From Malacoraja senta (Eukaryota), in contig JAXLNO010000661.1 in assembly GCA_038087875.1 (NCBI GenBank), positions 1-59,711 on the forward strand: a stretch of 59,711 nt of DNA, written 5' to 3'. Shown here piece by piece: positions 36,441-49,919 of this stretch. How positions within the stretch are numbered: position 1 is the stretch's first letter; each line of letters begins with the position of its first letter. The position numbers and the translations under genes were made by a program. The notes under the pieces are model-generated. The model saw only the letters and a list, made by a program, of their open reading frames with translations. It made no database searches and was not told the origin of the DNA.

Positions 36441-39400
36441 TTTCCTTTCTCCCTCGAGAATCTCTTGTTGTGTTGTTGTAAGTGAATAAGTAAGTCATGA
36501 CACACAACCGTAGGTCAGGTGGGTATGCCCGGAAATCCATAACTAGGACTCAAGTTCCTTGCTTGCTCTGCTTTAGCAGCTCCTGAATGGTGAATGAGAC
36601 CCGGTCTGGTGTTATAACCATGTTGTCCAGTCGCAGTAAGTGGAGGGACTGGACTCTTTGAGCTGAGACTAGTAGCATCAGCATGACCGTTTTCAGGGTT
36701 AGCTTTTCCAGGGTGAGATACCTGGCTGGGGACCATCCCCTTAGGTATGTCAGGACCACACTGACATCCCAGATTTGTGTATACCTAGGTCTAAGAGGGT
36801 TGGAGTTGACGATAATCCTCATGAGTTTGATCACCAGCGGGTGAGACCCTATGGCCTGTTGTCCTGGCACCTGTTTTAAGTAGGCTGACAGCGCACGTCT
36901 GGCAGTATTGATGGCGCTGTAGCTCAATCCTTCATTATGGTGAAGGCCCCCCCAGGAACTCCAGTACATTGGTTATGGTTGCAGATGAGTACGTTGTCCC
37001 AGTAGTCGAGCAGTATCTTTCCCACTTCCTGATGCTCGATAGGTATTGTTTCCTGGTGGACATACGGTGTCATCATGTTGATGGTCCTGTCAGACAATCC
37101 CAGTCCCAGCAGTGGTCTTTTGATAATCTGCAACCCAGTAGGTTAATTTTGGCATGGCATGGATGACTTATGCCTGATACAGGGTGCGTCAATAGGTCTG
37201 GGCTACTGGGAAAAGTCATAGGAGTTTCGATGACCATGTCGAGGACCACTGGGAACCATGGCTGTGTAGGCCAGTTGGTACTATCAAAATACCTGAAGCA
37301 GAGTCCATCTGTATTTTGCGTAGTACCCTACAGATTAAGGCAGAAGGGGAAAAAGCATAGAAGAAATCGGTTCCCCAGTTCAGCGCGAATGCATCTATCG
37401 CTGCTGCCTCAGGGTGTGGTTCCCAAGGGACATACATTGGTACGTGGTGATTTAGTCTGGATGCAAAGAGATCGATATCTGGTGTGCCATATTGGTTTGT
37501 AATTTTAGCAAAAGCTCTAGGATTTAACATCCATTCCGTGTTTATCATTGAATTTGCGTGACCTGGCACTGTATTTAGCTTACCTGGTAGGTAAGTTGCT
37601 GATAGCCAAATATGTCTACCGACCCACCATTACCAGATTGTGTTGACCCAATTGTCACATGATATCGATTTTATTCCGGTCATATGGTTAATATAGGCCA
37701 CCACCGTGATATTATCAATTTGTAAATGAACATGCAAGTTGTGCATATTCCTAGAATATGCTTTAAAACCATAAAACGCACCCAACATTTCCAAATAATT
37801 TATGCCCAGTGTTTGTAGTAAAGACGAGTCTAGGTTAGTCCATCTACCACCTGTGCTGGATATGGTATTAGTTGCTCCCCAGCCTTGAGCACTGGCATCT
37901 GTTTGTATAGTTAACGTTGGGTTATTGATGATGATAGGGCTGGAACTATGCCAAATGTGTTATATCCACCATTATAACTCTGATATTGCTTCAATGGGTA
38001 GTTTCATGGATCTGTCAAAGTGACCTGCATGTCGTTTCAACGCCTGTACTTTTGCCCTTTGTAGGTGCTGATAGTGCAGGAGTCCAAATTGTGTAGCTGA
38101 AAATGCTGCTACCATTTTGCCAATTACTCTTGCCACTTGTCGGATGGTTGGTCGATTGCTTACCATTAAATTGTTGCACATCTGTGCCAATTCTGCTACT
38201 TTACTTTTTGGCAACGTTACAGACATGTGGATTGAGTTAATTGAATCCCAGATAGTCCATAGTTGTGGATGGCGTCAACTTAGATTTATCTGGATGTATG
38301 ACAAACCCAGGGTTTCAAACAATTATTTGGTAGCTAATACAGCTGATTTAGCCAACTCCATGGTTTTGCCAACTATTAGGATATCATCAAGATACGCCAT
38401 GACAATATGTCTTTGTTTCGCTAATGTTGCCAAGGCTGGTTTTAATATCTTGGTAAATAGTCTAAGGCTGATGTCAACCCATTAGGCAATACTTTATACT
38501 GCCATAGTTGCCCCATCCAGGTAAATTTTCAGGTATCTGCGATGACCCTTATGAATGGGTACTGAATAGTAGGCATCTTTTAAATCAATGCTTGCCATAA
38601 ATTATCCTTTGGAAATCAGTTGTTTAGCAGTTACAAATGTTTCCATTTTGAAATGTACATACTTAACAAAGGTATTTAGTGAGGTTAAGTCAATGATGAT
38701 GCGACATCCACCATCTTTTTTACTTTTGGTAAATATATTTGAGACAAATTCCAAAGGATCATGTTTGGATTTCTCAATGACACCCTTTGTAAGTAACCTC
38801 ACCAGTTCTGCTTGAGCCTCTAGTTCTCTTTGACTGAGAGGGTAAAGACCCTTTGGGTACGTGCCGAACTGGTGGCATGTTTTCGTGAATGAACTCTATT
38901 TTGTATCCCCGAATACTGTTAAGTATATAACTATCATTCGTGAGACACCTCCTGTTAGTACAGTTCCCCATTTACATGCTGGTAGGAACCAGACCCACCT
39001 ACCTCCATAGTTATGGTAGTGTTCCTTTCTTCCGTTTGTTCATTCGTCGTTATACTGCTGGATGTACTGCTGATGTACTGCTGATTGGGGGTGGCGCATT
39101 TTCCATGGGGTCCGCTCTGCGCCCTGGCCTAAAAAGGCTTTCGGGGATAGTATGCGGACCCCGAGCTTTCACCAGTTACATAAATTTGACCTTGACTGGT
39201 GGACGCGGTGAGGTACTGCCGTCTGGTTTTTTGTGTGGGTCTGCTCGTTCCGGGGCCTGCCCTCATGAGGCCAAATGCTTTGGACTCCTCCTCCAGGTCT
39301 TTCACTTGTCCTTCCAAATAACAGGATCTGCGGCTCTGAGGCCGGTGTTTTACACTGTCCTGCAAACCTGGGATTGAGGGCAGGTCTTATTCTCTCCTTG

Positions 39401-41375
39401 CGGAGGTTATTTATCTCATATTGGGTGTAGCACAGCAGAGCCAGAGTGTCTTGCTGGTTTGTGGTCATATCCACCCCATCCACGGAACGAGCATAGGCTG
39501 TTATCCGTGTCGTCAGGAGCTTGAGGATTTTAGCTCCTGGTTCCGGATACTCTGTCCCCCCCCCCAGATTTGGCTGTGAACAGCCGGTACATTGAGCGAA
39601 CTGCAGTTTTCCAGCTCTAGTGCCTCATTAAGTACCTGTCTTGTAGGGGTTTGAGGGACAGGTGGTTGATGCTGGCCGCCAGTTTTGGCTCCAATGGCCG
39701 CCCTGCTCGTGGTGAAACCACGTAGCGAATCTCCACACCCAGCAGCTCTTCCTGATCCTGTACCCCAAGCGTACTCCCGACATCTTCAGCCAATGACCCC
39801 TCTTCCTGACCAGCCCAGCCCTGGTCGCCAACGCTGCCCTGCTTTGAGGGGAAAGCGATGGCCAGTGCATTGTAGAGCACTGATGTGGGAGTGCCTGATC
39901 CCCCTGGCGAGACTGCTCTAGCTCCTGAAGCAAGTCTCGCTGGAGCAGTTGCCTCATGAGCCTTTCCATTCGGCTCAGGCGGCTAGCTCTGCCGCTCTAA
40001 GGCGGACCCTCCTCATCGGAGTCAGACATAACCGGCCGGTATTTTTTTTTTTTTTTTTTAACTTTTCCTCCAGCCCGCTGCCGCTCATCAGGCTGCGCTA
40101 GCGGGACTGGGCTCGGCTCTGTCTCGATGAGGGTGGACCGCCGCATATGCGGTCCAGGTGCCGCCTCTCGCCCCCCACTGATGGAGCACTCCCGTTCTGT
40201 TGGAGTCGAACGGGGGGCGGTTTTCTCCTTTGCCGTGCTGCTCCTGTTCCCAGTTCCCCTGGAATACAGAGCAGAGCACAGCTTGCGGATTACGACCTCA
40301 GTGTAAGACTTACCTGATGGTCCGCTGTTTAGTTTTCACCGACGTGTAGCGGGAGCGCCTGTACTCCCGGTCGCCGCTGTTGCACGGCGTGAACGCTAAT
40401 GTCGCGCATGCGTGCTGGACGGGGTCTTCACGTAGTCACTCACGTGACTCCGAAGTAAAATTTGACACCTAATTCACTTTCATATCTTCAGTATTAAAAA
40501 AGTTATGGCCATTTTCATACTCGGAAATTAGCATCTTGTTCCCTATTGCTTTTCCATTGACTTGACACAAAAGCTGTGATCAAGGACAGTTAAAAGCCCA
40601 TAACTTTCTTTAAAATTAAGAGAACTTAATGACATTTTCAGTTATTATGGATTGAAGCATTACGAAACAAATATGAAACAATCTTACTTGGATGACCTGA
40701 AATTAAAGCATATAATTAGTTAGTTACCCAATTGTAGCTAATTACAAAATTCAATTACTAGATCTAAATATCTATCCATTTCTTAAGAAAAAGTTTACAT
40801 TTTTAAAAAGCCTAAGTGTCCAAATAACATTCACACAAGAATTCACAATATAACATTATTTTTAAATCTCATTGTCATTAATTTATAGGCCAAATGGAAG
40901 GAATTTAGTGTTTAATTCCTGTAAATTAATGGCCATTTTAATCATCTTGCGAGTGGGATTTTGTGGAACGCGCTGGTTTGGAACGCCGCGGTTGCACTGA
41001 ACTAAACCCGAATATCGGCAGGAAAAATACTGCCGGTTGGTATATTTAAATAATCACATTTTCGCAACTTGAAATTTTTATTAAAGGCATCCTAAGAAGC
41101 AAGTTTATATGAAAAAATAAATGGTGTACCTTGCCTTGTCCCGTGCGTGAAATCCGTCCCGTTGTCGGCGTTGACGGCATTTGAAGATGATTTTAATTTT
41201 ACTCCAACAATTAAATTATAAAGCGCTAATTTTAATAAACTTAATAAAACGGCAGTCGCAGCGATTTTTCTTCATCAACTGTTTAGCCTGTTCAAGATCA
41301 TTTAGAATATCGCATTTTAAACCCGCCCCCCTCTCAAAGGCGCCAAAGTCGCGCACACGGTCGGTAACATACCTA
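35555..41375. mobile_element. About 1-kb TIR DNA transposon (copy 2), interrupted by DIRS
   Basis: Collinear with 29017-30052; termini TAGCAATGTTAC...GTAACATACCTA; flanked by a duplicated CAGTG. Confidence 0.87.
35634..40460 (-). mobile_element. Full-length DIRS1-like tyrosine-recombinase retrotransposon with disrupted ORFs
   Basis: gag remnants; RT (KKDGGCRIIIDL, AYLDD); RNase H (QTDASAQGWG); methyltransferase-like domain (IDLFASRLN...DAF...YAF); YR (LVSAQRVQ...HSTRAASTS). ITRs at 35707-35743 and 40398-40434, ICR at 35858-35970, no TSD. Confidence 0.95.
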
Positions 41376-41576
41376 CAGTGCATACATACATAACATACAT
41401 ACATGAATATATATATGTTATGTTTTATATTTTGGCAATATAACTATGTTTTTTCATGCCAATACCGTTTTTTTTAATTGAAAATTCAAAATTGAAATTG
41501 ACAGAGAGAGGCAGAGAGAGAGAGGGAGAGAAAGAGAGAGGGAGACAGAGAGAGAAACAGAGGTACAGAGAGAGAG

Positions 41577-41614
<38 letters not shown>

Positions 41615-41826
41615 TGAGAGAGGGAGAAAGAGAGACAGAACGGAGAGAGGGATAGAGCGAGGGACAGAGAGAGTGAGAGACAGGTTCAGAGAGAGACAAA
41701 GACAGGGAGAGAGAGAGAGGGAGACAGACACACAGAGAGACAGGCAGAAAGACAGAAAGAGACAGAGGGGGGGAGAAAGAGACAGACAGAGGGAGAGAGA
41801 CGGACAGAGAGAGAGAGACAGAGAGA

Positions 41827-44800
41827 TCAGGAAGCTGCTGCACGCCCTATGTTCCCATCTTCTATGGTAACAAAGAATTCATATATATAAACAGCCCCTT
41901 CCGAGTGACTGATAAAAACAGCATATGATTGCACTGAATTAGTATTGTTGATATTACTATTAATACTGTTGTATTGCTATTATTAATATAGTTATTATTA
42001 CTAGGTGGCAGTATGAGTCATGGCATACAAAACTTTACCTAACATTTCCCAATTATAGAAAAAACGAGTGTTTCCGCACCTGTCCCACAAAATATGTTTT
42101 ATTTAAAAATATATATATATAAATACAAAATAAATTAGTTCATTTCATGTAGGCTGCTGGAATATCCAGGGTCTCTACTCTTCAACCTTCGGGATGAAGA
42201 CTGGGAACCCTGAGTTCCTAAAGTCTACAGAAGACACTGATATAATGATATTAACAGAAACATGGTACCGAAAGGATACGTTCATTCACTGCCCCTCAGG
42301 GTACCATGAAGTCATGGTGCCCTCAGTAAAAACTACTGATATACATAAGGGCAGAACCTCCGGGGGAGTCTTGGTGTGGTACAAAGAAGAACTAGACAGT
42401 CACATTACATCAATAAAACAGGGGAAATCACATATATGGTTGTAACTAGATAAAACAATTGGAATAATTGGAAAAGATATATATCTATGTGCCGCCTACA
42501 TACCCCCAATAGAATCGCCATATTTTGAAGAGGATATATTTGAAACTCCACATGGAAATCAATAATTTCCAGGCCCAGGGAAATGTGCTACTATGTGGAG
42601 ACCTGATGCAAGGACCGGATGTGAACCCGCTTCCATAGACCCACAGGGCAACAACCATGTGTTCGGTCAAACCCCCTTGTATGTCACACCAACCATCATT
42701 AACCAGAACAACCTTGACTGAAATAAATAAAAGTGGTACAGAGGTAGTGCATCTCTGCCGAGCCTTGGGCCTGTACATGGTTAATGGTTGGCTCAGAGGG
42801 GCTTGCTGGGAAGGTTTACATATTCCTCAGCTCTTGGGTCTAGTGTGGTAGACTACGCAATTACTGACATAGACCCCTGCACTATCAGTGCATTCACTGT
42901 TAGGCAGCAGTCCCCTCTTTCAGACCATAGTTAAATCAACGTGTATCTAAAATTTCCTGTTCAAACTAAAGATGTAAAAAAGGAACCCAGTAAGCTGTAT
43001 AAACTAAATCAGACTTACAGATGGGCCTTAGATAGTGGAGATAATTTCATTTGGCCCTGAATTCACCTGATCTCACAAATAAAATACTGAAATTCAAGAC
43101 AAACCCATATGAGTACTAGAGATGGTATAAACATGGCTATAAATGACTTTAATATGATCTTTCACAAGGCAGCTATCAAAGCTGACTTTGTGAAACAGAA
43201 GAGAAAAATTATCAAAAAACACAACCATGAAAAATGGTTCGACCATGAGTGTAAAAGTGTCAGAAAAGATCTGAGGAAAATAATGAACCAAAAACACCGT
43301 CAACCAAATAGAAAAACATACAACGGAGCCGCTGCATGCAGAATTTTGTCGGAACATCCTCCGGATCCAAAGGAAAACACCAACAAACGCATTTAGGGCG
43401 GAATTAGGCAGATATGCACTGATAATAACTATCCACAAAAGAGCACTAAATTTTTGGAAGCACCTTAAATCTAGCCCCCCAGATACCCTCCAGTTTAAAG
43501 CCCTTAAAACACAAGAGGGGAGCCCAGAAAAGAGTTTGCTGGGTCAGTTGGTACTGAGACCATTCAGTTAAAACCTATCCTGTTAAACCCTGACCAGCCT
43601 CAGATCAATACTGAATCCCAATCACCAGTAAATCCAAAGGGTTTCTACAGCTATATTAATAGCAAAAGGATAACAAGGAATAAAATGTGTCCATTAGAGA
43701 GTCAGAGTGGACAGCTATCTGCAGAGCCAAAAGAGATGGGGGAGATATTGAACAATTTATTTTCTTCGGTATTCACCAAGGAGAAGGATATGGAATTATG
43801 TGAGGTAAGGGAAACAAGCAGAGTAGCAATGGAAACTGTGAGATTCAAAGAAGAGGAGGTGCGGACACTTTTGAAAAATATGAAAACGGATAAGTCTCCA
43901 GGTCCTGACAGGATATTCCCTAGGACATTGAGGGAAGTTGGTATAGAAATAGCAGGGGCTATGACAGAAATATTTCAAATGTCATTAGAAACGGGAATAG
44001 TGCCGGAGGATTGGCGTACTGCGCATGTTGTTCCGTTGTTTAAAAAGGGTTCGAAGAGTAAACCTAGCAATTATAGACCTGTTAGTTTTACGTCAGTGGT
44101 GGGCAAATTAATGGAAAGGATACTTAAAGATAATATATATAAGCATCTGGATAAGCAGGGTCTGATTAGGAACAGTCAACATGGATTTGTGCCTGGAAGG
44201 TCATGCTTGACTAATCTTCTTGAATTTTTCGAAGAGGTTACTAGGGAAATTGATGAGGGTAAAGCAGTGGATGTTGTCTATATGGACTTCAGTAAGGCCT
44301 TTGACAAGGTTCCTCATGGAAGGTTGGTTAAGAAGATTCAATTGTTGGCTATTAATGGTGGAGTAGCAAGATGGATTCAACAGTGGCTGAATGGGAGATG
44401 CCAGAGAGTAATGGTGGATGGCTGTTTGTCAGGTTGGAGGCCAGTGACTAGTGGGGTGCCTCAGGGGTCTGTGTTGGGTCCACTGTTGTTTGGCATGTAC
44501 ATCAATGATCTGGATGATGGTGTGGAAAATTGGATTAGTAAGTATGCAGATGATACTAAGATAGGTGGTGTTGTGGATAATGAAGTAGATTTTCAAAGTC
44601 TACAGAGAGATTTAGGCCATTTGGAAGAGTGGGCTGAAAGATGGCAGATGGAGTTTAATGCTGACAAATGTGAGGTGCTACATCTCGGCAGGACAAATCA
44701 AAATAGGATGTACATGGTAAATGGCAGCGAATTGAGGAATGCAGTTGAACAGAGGGATCTAGGAATAACTGTGCATAGTTCCCAGAAGGTGGAATCTCAT

Positions 44801-46150
44801 GTAGATAGGGTGGTAAAGAAAGCTTTTGGTGTGCTGGCCTTTATAAATCAAAGCATTGAATATAGAAGTTGGGATGTAATGTTCAAATTGTACAAGGCAT
44901 TCGTGAGGCCAATTCTGGAGTATGGAGTACAATTTTGGTCGCCTAATTATAGGAAGGATGTCAACAAAATATAGAGAGTACAGAGGAGATTTACTAGAAT
45001 GTTACCTGGGTTTCAGCAACTAAGTTACAGAGAAAGGTTGAACAAGTTAGGTCTTTATTCTTTGGAGCGCAGATGGTTAAGAGGGGACTTGATAGAGGTC
45101 TTTAAAATTATGAGCGGGTTAGACAGAGTGGACGTGGATAAGCTTTTCCCATTGAGAGGAGGGAAGATTCAAACAAGGGGACATGACTTGAGAATTAAGG
45201 GACAGAAGTTTAGGGGGAACATTAGGGGGAACTTCTTTACTCAGAGAGTGGTAGCTGTGTGGAATGAGCTTCCAGTGGAAGTGGTGGAGGCAGGTTCGAT
45301 GTTCGGCATGGACTTGAAGGGCCGAGATGGCCTGTTTCCGTGCTGTTATGGTTATATGGTTATATGGTTAGAGTGAACCAAGTTATCAAACAATGTAAAG
45401 AAACGTATTTGGAACATTCGGATAAAGAAACCAAAAGCCAAAGCAGATTAAAATGTTACCGTGCCCTAAAAGAGATTATAAATTGGCAGACTATCTCTCA
45501 ATTCTTACAGACATAAAGCAGAGACAGACCCTCACCAAATACAGGTTAAGTGACCTCTATTTGGCAGTTGAAAAGGGAAGACAGAAGAGATTCTGGCAAC
45601 CAAGAGAAAACAGAATATGCGGCCACTGTTTGACAGAAGAGGTTGAAACAGATGCACTTCCTCCTAAAATGCAAAAAAATTGACAAAACAAGGAAAACTT
45701 ACTTTGACAAACTCAGTCTGGCAACCGCTGATTTTGAAGAACTGGATGATACATCAAAACTAAGAATAATTGGTGAAGGAAATACGGCACATCTTGGTGC
45801 ACAATACGTAACAGCATGCCATAACCTGAGAGACGGTGAATGACCAATATGCACAAATGTACGCACACACTAATTGACATTGACTGACACTAAGAAATTA
45901 ATGTTGAATTGCTAAACTTGCTATTCTGTTGTACTGCCTACAGCTGCAAGAACGCGTAGCAATCAATAAAGGGCTATAGGCCTATTGCCAGTTTATGTAC
46001 AGGGACATATCTATCCACGCACTGTATACTTGTATTTATACTTATGCATTTTAAATATGTATGTCATGTTTTATACTTTGGCAATATAACGATGTAGTTT
46101 ATCATGCAAATAAAGTGTTTGAATTGAATTGAAAATTGAAAATTGATTGA
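41827..46150 (+). mobile_element. RTE-X-like LINE, internally deleted (RT missing) and interrupted by a HER1-like LINE
   Basis: APE endonuclease (WNIQGL, ILTETW, GRTSGG); the sequence jumps at about 43322 to the post-RT region (RAELGRY); C-terminal TKYRLSD...EKGR...ICGHC...HFLLKC; (aattga)n tail. Confidence 0.82.
43630..45369 (+). mobile_element. HER1/CR1-like LINE with RT domain, 5'-truncated
   Basis: ORF 43685-44974 (NYRPVS, YMDFSKAFDKVPH, SGVPQGSVLGP, YADD); frameshift at about 44972; short 3' deletion at about 45300; (ggttatat)n tail. Confidence 0.95.
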
Positions 46151-46907
46151 AAGAGAGTGAGACAGAGATAGAGAGAGAGCGTGGGGGGGGGGGGGGGTGG
46201 AGAGAGAGAGAGTCAGAGATAAGAGAGATAGTCAAAGACAGAGAGAAAAAGAGACAGAGAGAGAGAGATGGAGAGAGAGAGAGTGGAGTGGAGGGAGGAG
46301 AGGGGTGAAAGGCTGGAGGTGGAAAAGGGTAAAGTGAGTAGCGGGGGGGGGATAACATGGAGCAAAGGGAGGGGGGAGGATTCAAGGGGGAGTGGGTTTG
46401 GTGCAGAAGGAGATGAATGGGGGGGGCAGGGAACTGGGGGGGAGAGAGAGGGGTCAAGTGAGCCAAGGAAGGGGGTAGGGAGCCAGGTGGGGTGGGTTCA
46501 CATTGTTTGGGGTGGGGAGGAGGGGGGAGGGAGCAAAGGGGGGTAAGGAGCACGAGGTGGCGGTAGGGGTAAGGGGCAGGGAGCCACAGGGAGGAGGTCA
46601 CATTGTTTGGGGGTGGGGAGGGTGTTGCAGTTTAGGAAGTCAAACCGGAGCAGGGTCTTCACTGTGAATGGCGGGGCCATGGGGGAATGTGTGGAGCCGA
46701 GGGATCTAGGAGTGCAGGTACGAGTTGGGCCGAAGGGCCTCTTTCCAACGTTGTATCACTCTATGAATCTATGACAAAGTGTTGCAGTAACTCAGCAGGT
46801 CAGGCAGCATCTGTGGAGAAGATAGACACAAAGTGCTGGAGTAACTCAGCGGGTCAGGCAGCATCTGTGGAGAGATTGAATGGGTAACATTTTGCGTCAA
46901 GACCCTT

Positions 46908-47205
46908 TGGTTTAGTTTAGTTTAGAGATGCAGCGTGGAAACAGGTCTTTCGGCCCGCGGAGTCCGCGCCGACCAGCGATCACCTCGTACACTAGCACTA
47001 TCCTACACACATTAGAGAAATTGTAACAATTTTGCGGAGTCCAATTAATCTACAACCCTGAACATCTTTGAAATGTTGAAGGAAACCGGAGCACCCGGAG
47101 TGAAAACCCACGCAGGTCACGGGGAGAACGGACAAACTCCACACAGACAGCACCCATAATCAGGATCGTACCCAGGTCTCCGGTGGTGAGGCAGAAACTG
47201 CCGCA
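46908..47205 (-). mobile_element. HE1-like SINE, paralogous in position to 32594-32921
   Basis: Reverse complement of the 32.6-kb copy, at the same position relative to the ZNF exon. Confidence 0.85.
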
Positions 47206-47439
47206 CAGAAAATATATAACGGTTTCCTCCGCCATAAACGCACCCAATATGTGCTAGCAATGTCCTGTTTGCCTGTTTGTTGACCCTCTGTGTTCCCCTC
47301 CTGTGGGATTTAGGAGCCGTTGCTGTGGACGGAGAGACGGGGACGTGAGCAGCCATTAAGGGCAGCCAGGGTGCCGGTGATCCCCCCCCCCTCCCCCATC
47401 TGCTCGGTGTGCGGCTGAGCTTCGAGGGGCTGAGTTTCG

Positions 47440-48918
47440 ATGGAGGACCACATGACGGGGCACAACAAGGAGAAGCGTTATGAGTGCAACGTATGTGGCA
47501 AGGCCTGGCAGCAGCCGTGCCTGCTTGAGACCCACCGGCGGGTGCACACGGGAGAACGCCCCTTCGACTGCTCGGAGTGCGGCAAGAGTTTCACCTGCTC
47601 TAGCAGCCTGCTGCAGCACAACCGCGTGCACTCCAGCGAGAGGCCCTTCACCTGCTCCGACTGCGGCAAGAGCTTCAAGATGGTGAAACACCTGAAGGTG
47701 CACCAGCGGGTGCACACGGGCGAGAAGCCCTATGGCTGTTCCACCTGCGGCAAGAACTTTGCCCGGTTGGCGGGGCTGCGGGATCACCAGTGGGTGCACA
47801 GCAGTGAGCGGCCCTTCACCTGCTCCGACTGCGGCAAAGGCTTCAAGTCGTCCAACCACCTGAAGGTGCACAGGCGCCTGCACACCGGGGGACGGCCCTA
47901 CACCTGTGCCCAGTGCGGTAAGGGCTTCACCCACTCCAGCAGCCTGCTGGTGCACCAGCGCACCCACACCGGCGAGCGTCCCTACACCTGCGCCCAGTGC
48001 GGCAAGGGCTTCACACAGTCCATTCACCTGCTGTCCCACCAGCGGGTGCACACCGGCGAGCGCCACTTCACCTGCACCCAGTGCAGCAAGGGCTTCATCT
48101 GCTCCAGCAAGCTGCTGTCCCACCAGCGCACTCACACCGGCGAGCATCTCTACACCTGCAGCTACTGCGGCAAGGGCTTCATCTGCTCCAGCACCCTGCT
48201 GGTGCACCAGCGCACGCACACCGGCGAGCGCCCCTTCACCTGTGCCCAGTGCGGCAAGAGCTTCACCCATTCCAGCACCCTGCTGTCCCACCAGCGCACC
48301 CACACTGGGAAGCTCCCCTTCACCTGTGCCCAGTGCGGCAAGAGCTTCACCCAGTCCAGCAACCTGCTGAAGCACCAGCGCACCCACACTGGCGAGCGCC
48401 CCTACACCTGCGCCCAGTGCGGCAAGGGCTTCACCCAGTCCAGCAACCTGCTGGAGCACCAGCGCACCCACACTGGCGAGCGGCCCTTCACCTGTGTCCA
48501 GTGCGGCAAGGGCTTCACCCAGTCCAGTCACCTGCTGGTGCACCAGCGCACCCACACCGGCGAGCGCCCCTACACCTGCGCCCAGTGCGGCAAGGGCTTC
48601 ACCCAGTCCAACACCCTGCTGTTGCACAAGCGCACCCACTCCGGCGAGCGTCCCTACACCTGTACCCAGTGTGGCAAGGGCTTCACCCGCTCCAGTCACC
48701 TGCTGTCCCACCAGCGGATGCACGTCGGCGACCGACCCGTCCCCAGCCCGGTGTGTGGAGAAGGCTTTGCCATGACCTACCACGCCCTGTGTCACCAGCG
48801 CATGCACACCAGTGGCCAGCCCTATGACTGCCCGTACTGCGGTGTGGAGTTTGACAGCTCACGGGGGTTACGGCAGCACCGGCGGGCCCACGCCGGTGAG
48901 CAGCTGCTCCCACTGTGA
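47440..48918 (+). CDS. Tandem C2H2 zinc-finger protein, 492 aa, 16 canonical plus 1 degenerate finger, no effector domain seen
   Basis: Uninterrupted ORF with CxxC-x12-HxxxH repeats and TGERP(Y/F) linkers; strong GC3 bias. Confidence 0.92.
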   Translation: MEDHMTGHNKEKRYECNVCGKAWQQPCLLETHRRVHTGERPFDCSECGKSFTCSSSLLQHNRVHSSERPFTCSDCGKSFKMVKHLKVHQRVHTGEKPYGCSTCGKNFARLAGLRDHQWVHSSERPFTCSDCGKGFKSSNHLKVHRRLHTGGRPYTCAQCGKGFTHSSSLLVHQRTHTGERPYTCAQCGKGFTQSIHLLSHQRVHTGERHFTCTQCSKGFICSSKLLSHQRTHTGEHLYTCSYCGKGFICSSTLLVHQRTHTGERPFTCAQCGKSFTHSSTLLSHQRTHTGKLPFTCAQCGKSFTQSSNLLKHQRTHTGERPYTCAQCGKGFTQSSNLLEHQRTHTGERPFTCVQCGKGFTQSSHLLVHQRTHTGERPYTCAQCGKGFTQSNTLLLHKRTHSGERPYTCTQCGKGFTRSSHLLSHQRMHVGDRPVPSPVCGEGFAMTYHALCHQRMHTSGQPYDCPYCGVEFDSSRGLRQHRRAHAGEQLLPL

Positions 48919-49124
48919 CAAGAGAGCATGGGGGCAGCGGGAGCACCAGCGGCTCCACACCGGAGAGAGACCCTTTGTGTGCGCTGAGTGTGGCAAGGGT
49001 TTCACCCACATGTCCTGCCTGTGGCAGCACCGACGTACTCACAGGGGTGAGCGTCCCTTCCGCTGCCCATCCTGTGGCAAGGCCTTTGCCAGTTCCTCCA
49101 GCCTTCTGGCACACTGCCACATGG

Positions 49125-49906
49125 ATAACCATATAACCATATAACCATAACAGCACGGAAACAGGCCATCTCGGCCCTTCAAGTCCGTGCCGAACATTTT
49201 TTTATTATTTTTTATTATTTAAAAAAAAAAAAAAATACTTCCCCCTAGTCCCATCTACCTGCACTCAGACCATAACCCTCCATTCCTTTCCCGTCCATAT
49301 ACCCATCCAATCTATTTTTAAAGGATAACATCGAACCTGCCCCCACCACTTCCACTGGAAGCTCATTCCACACAGCTACCACTCTCTGAGTAAAGAAGTT
49401 CCCCCTAATGTTCCCCCTAAACTTCTGTCCCTTAATTCTCAAGTCATGTCCCCTTGTTTGAATCTTCCCTACTCTCAATGGGAAAAGCTTATCCACGTCC
49501 ACTCTGTCTAACCCGCTCATAATTGTAAAGACCTCTATCAAGTCCCCTCTTAACCTTCTGCGTTCCAAAGAAAAAAGACCTAACTTGTTCAACCTTTCTC
49601 TGTAACTTAGTTGCTGAAACCCTGGCAACATTCTAGTAAATCTCCTCTGTACTCTCTCAATTTTGTTGACATCCTTCCTATAATTAGGCGACCAAAATTG
49701 TACTCCATACTCCAGAATTGGCCTCACCAATGCCTTGTACAATTTTAACATTACATCCCAACTTCTATATTCAATGCTCTGATTTATAAAGGCCAGCACA
49801 CCAAAAGCTTTCTTTACCACGCTATCTACACGAGATTCCACCTTCAGGGAACTATGCACAATTATTCCTAGATCCCTCTGTTCAACTGCATTCCTCAATT
49901 CGCTAC
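49125..49906 (-). mobile_element. HER1/CR1-like LINE, 5'-truncated
   Basis: ORF 49245-49898; (ataaccat)n tail on the plus strand. Confidence 0.93.
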
Positions 49907-49919
49907 AGGCGCTGTTTAG

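Larger units (their letters stand above)
35470..41500 (+). mobile_element. Short 3'-end copy of an RTE-X-like LINE (35470-35554 plus 41376-41500), split by a TIR element and DIRS
   Basis: 35470-35547 matches 45958-46035; 41430-41500 matches 46077-46150, including the (aattga)n tail. Confidence 0.8.

Noticed and set aside
37216..37569. Stand-alone DNA adenine methyltransferase suggesting bacterial or phage origin
   Set aside because: It is the normal MT domain of DIRS1-like pol.
47356..48807. 483-aa antisense ORF and alternative-frame ORFs over the ZNF
   Set aside because: Expected shadow of GC3-rich repetitive finger codons.
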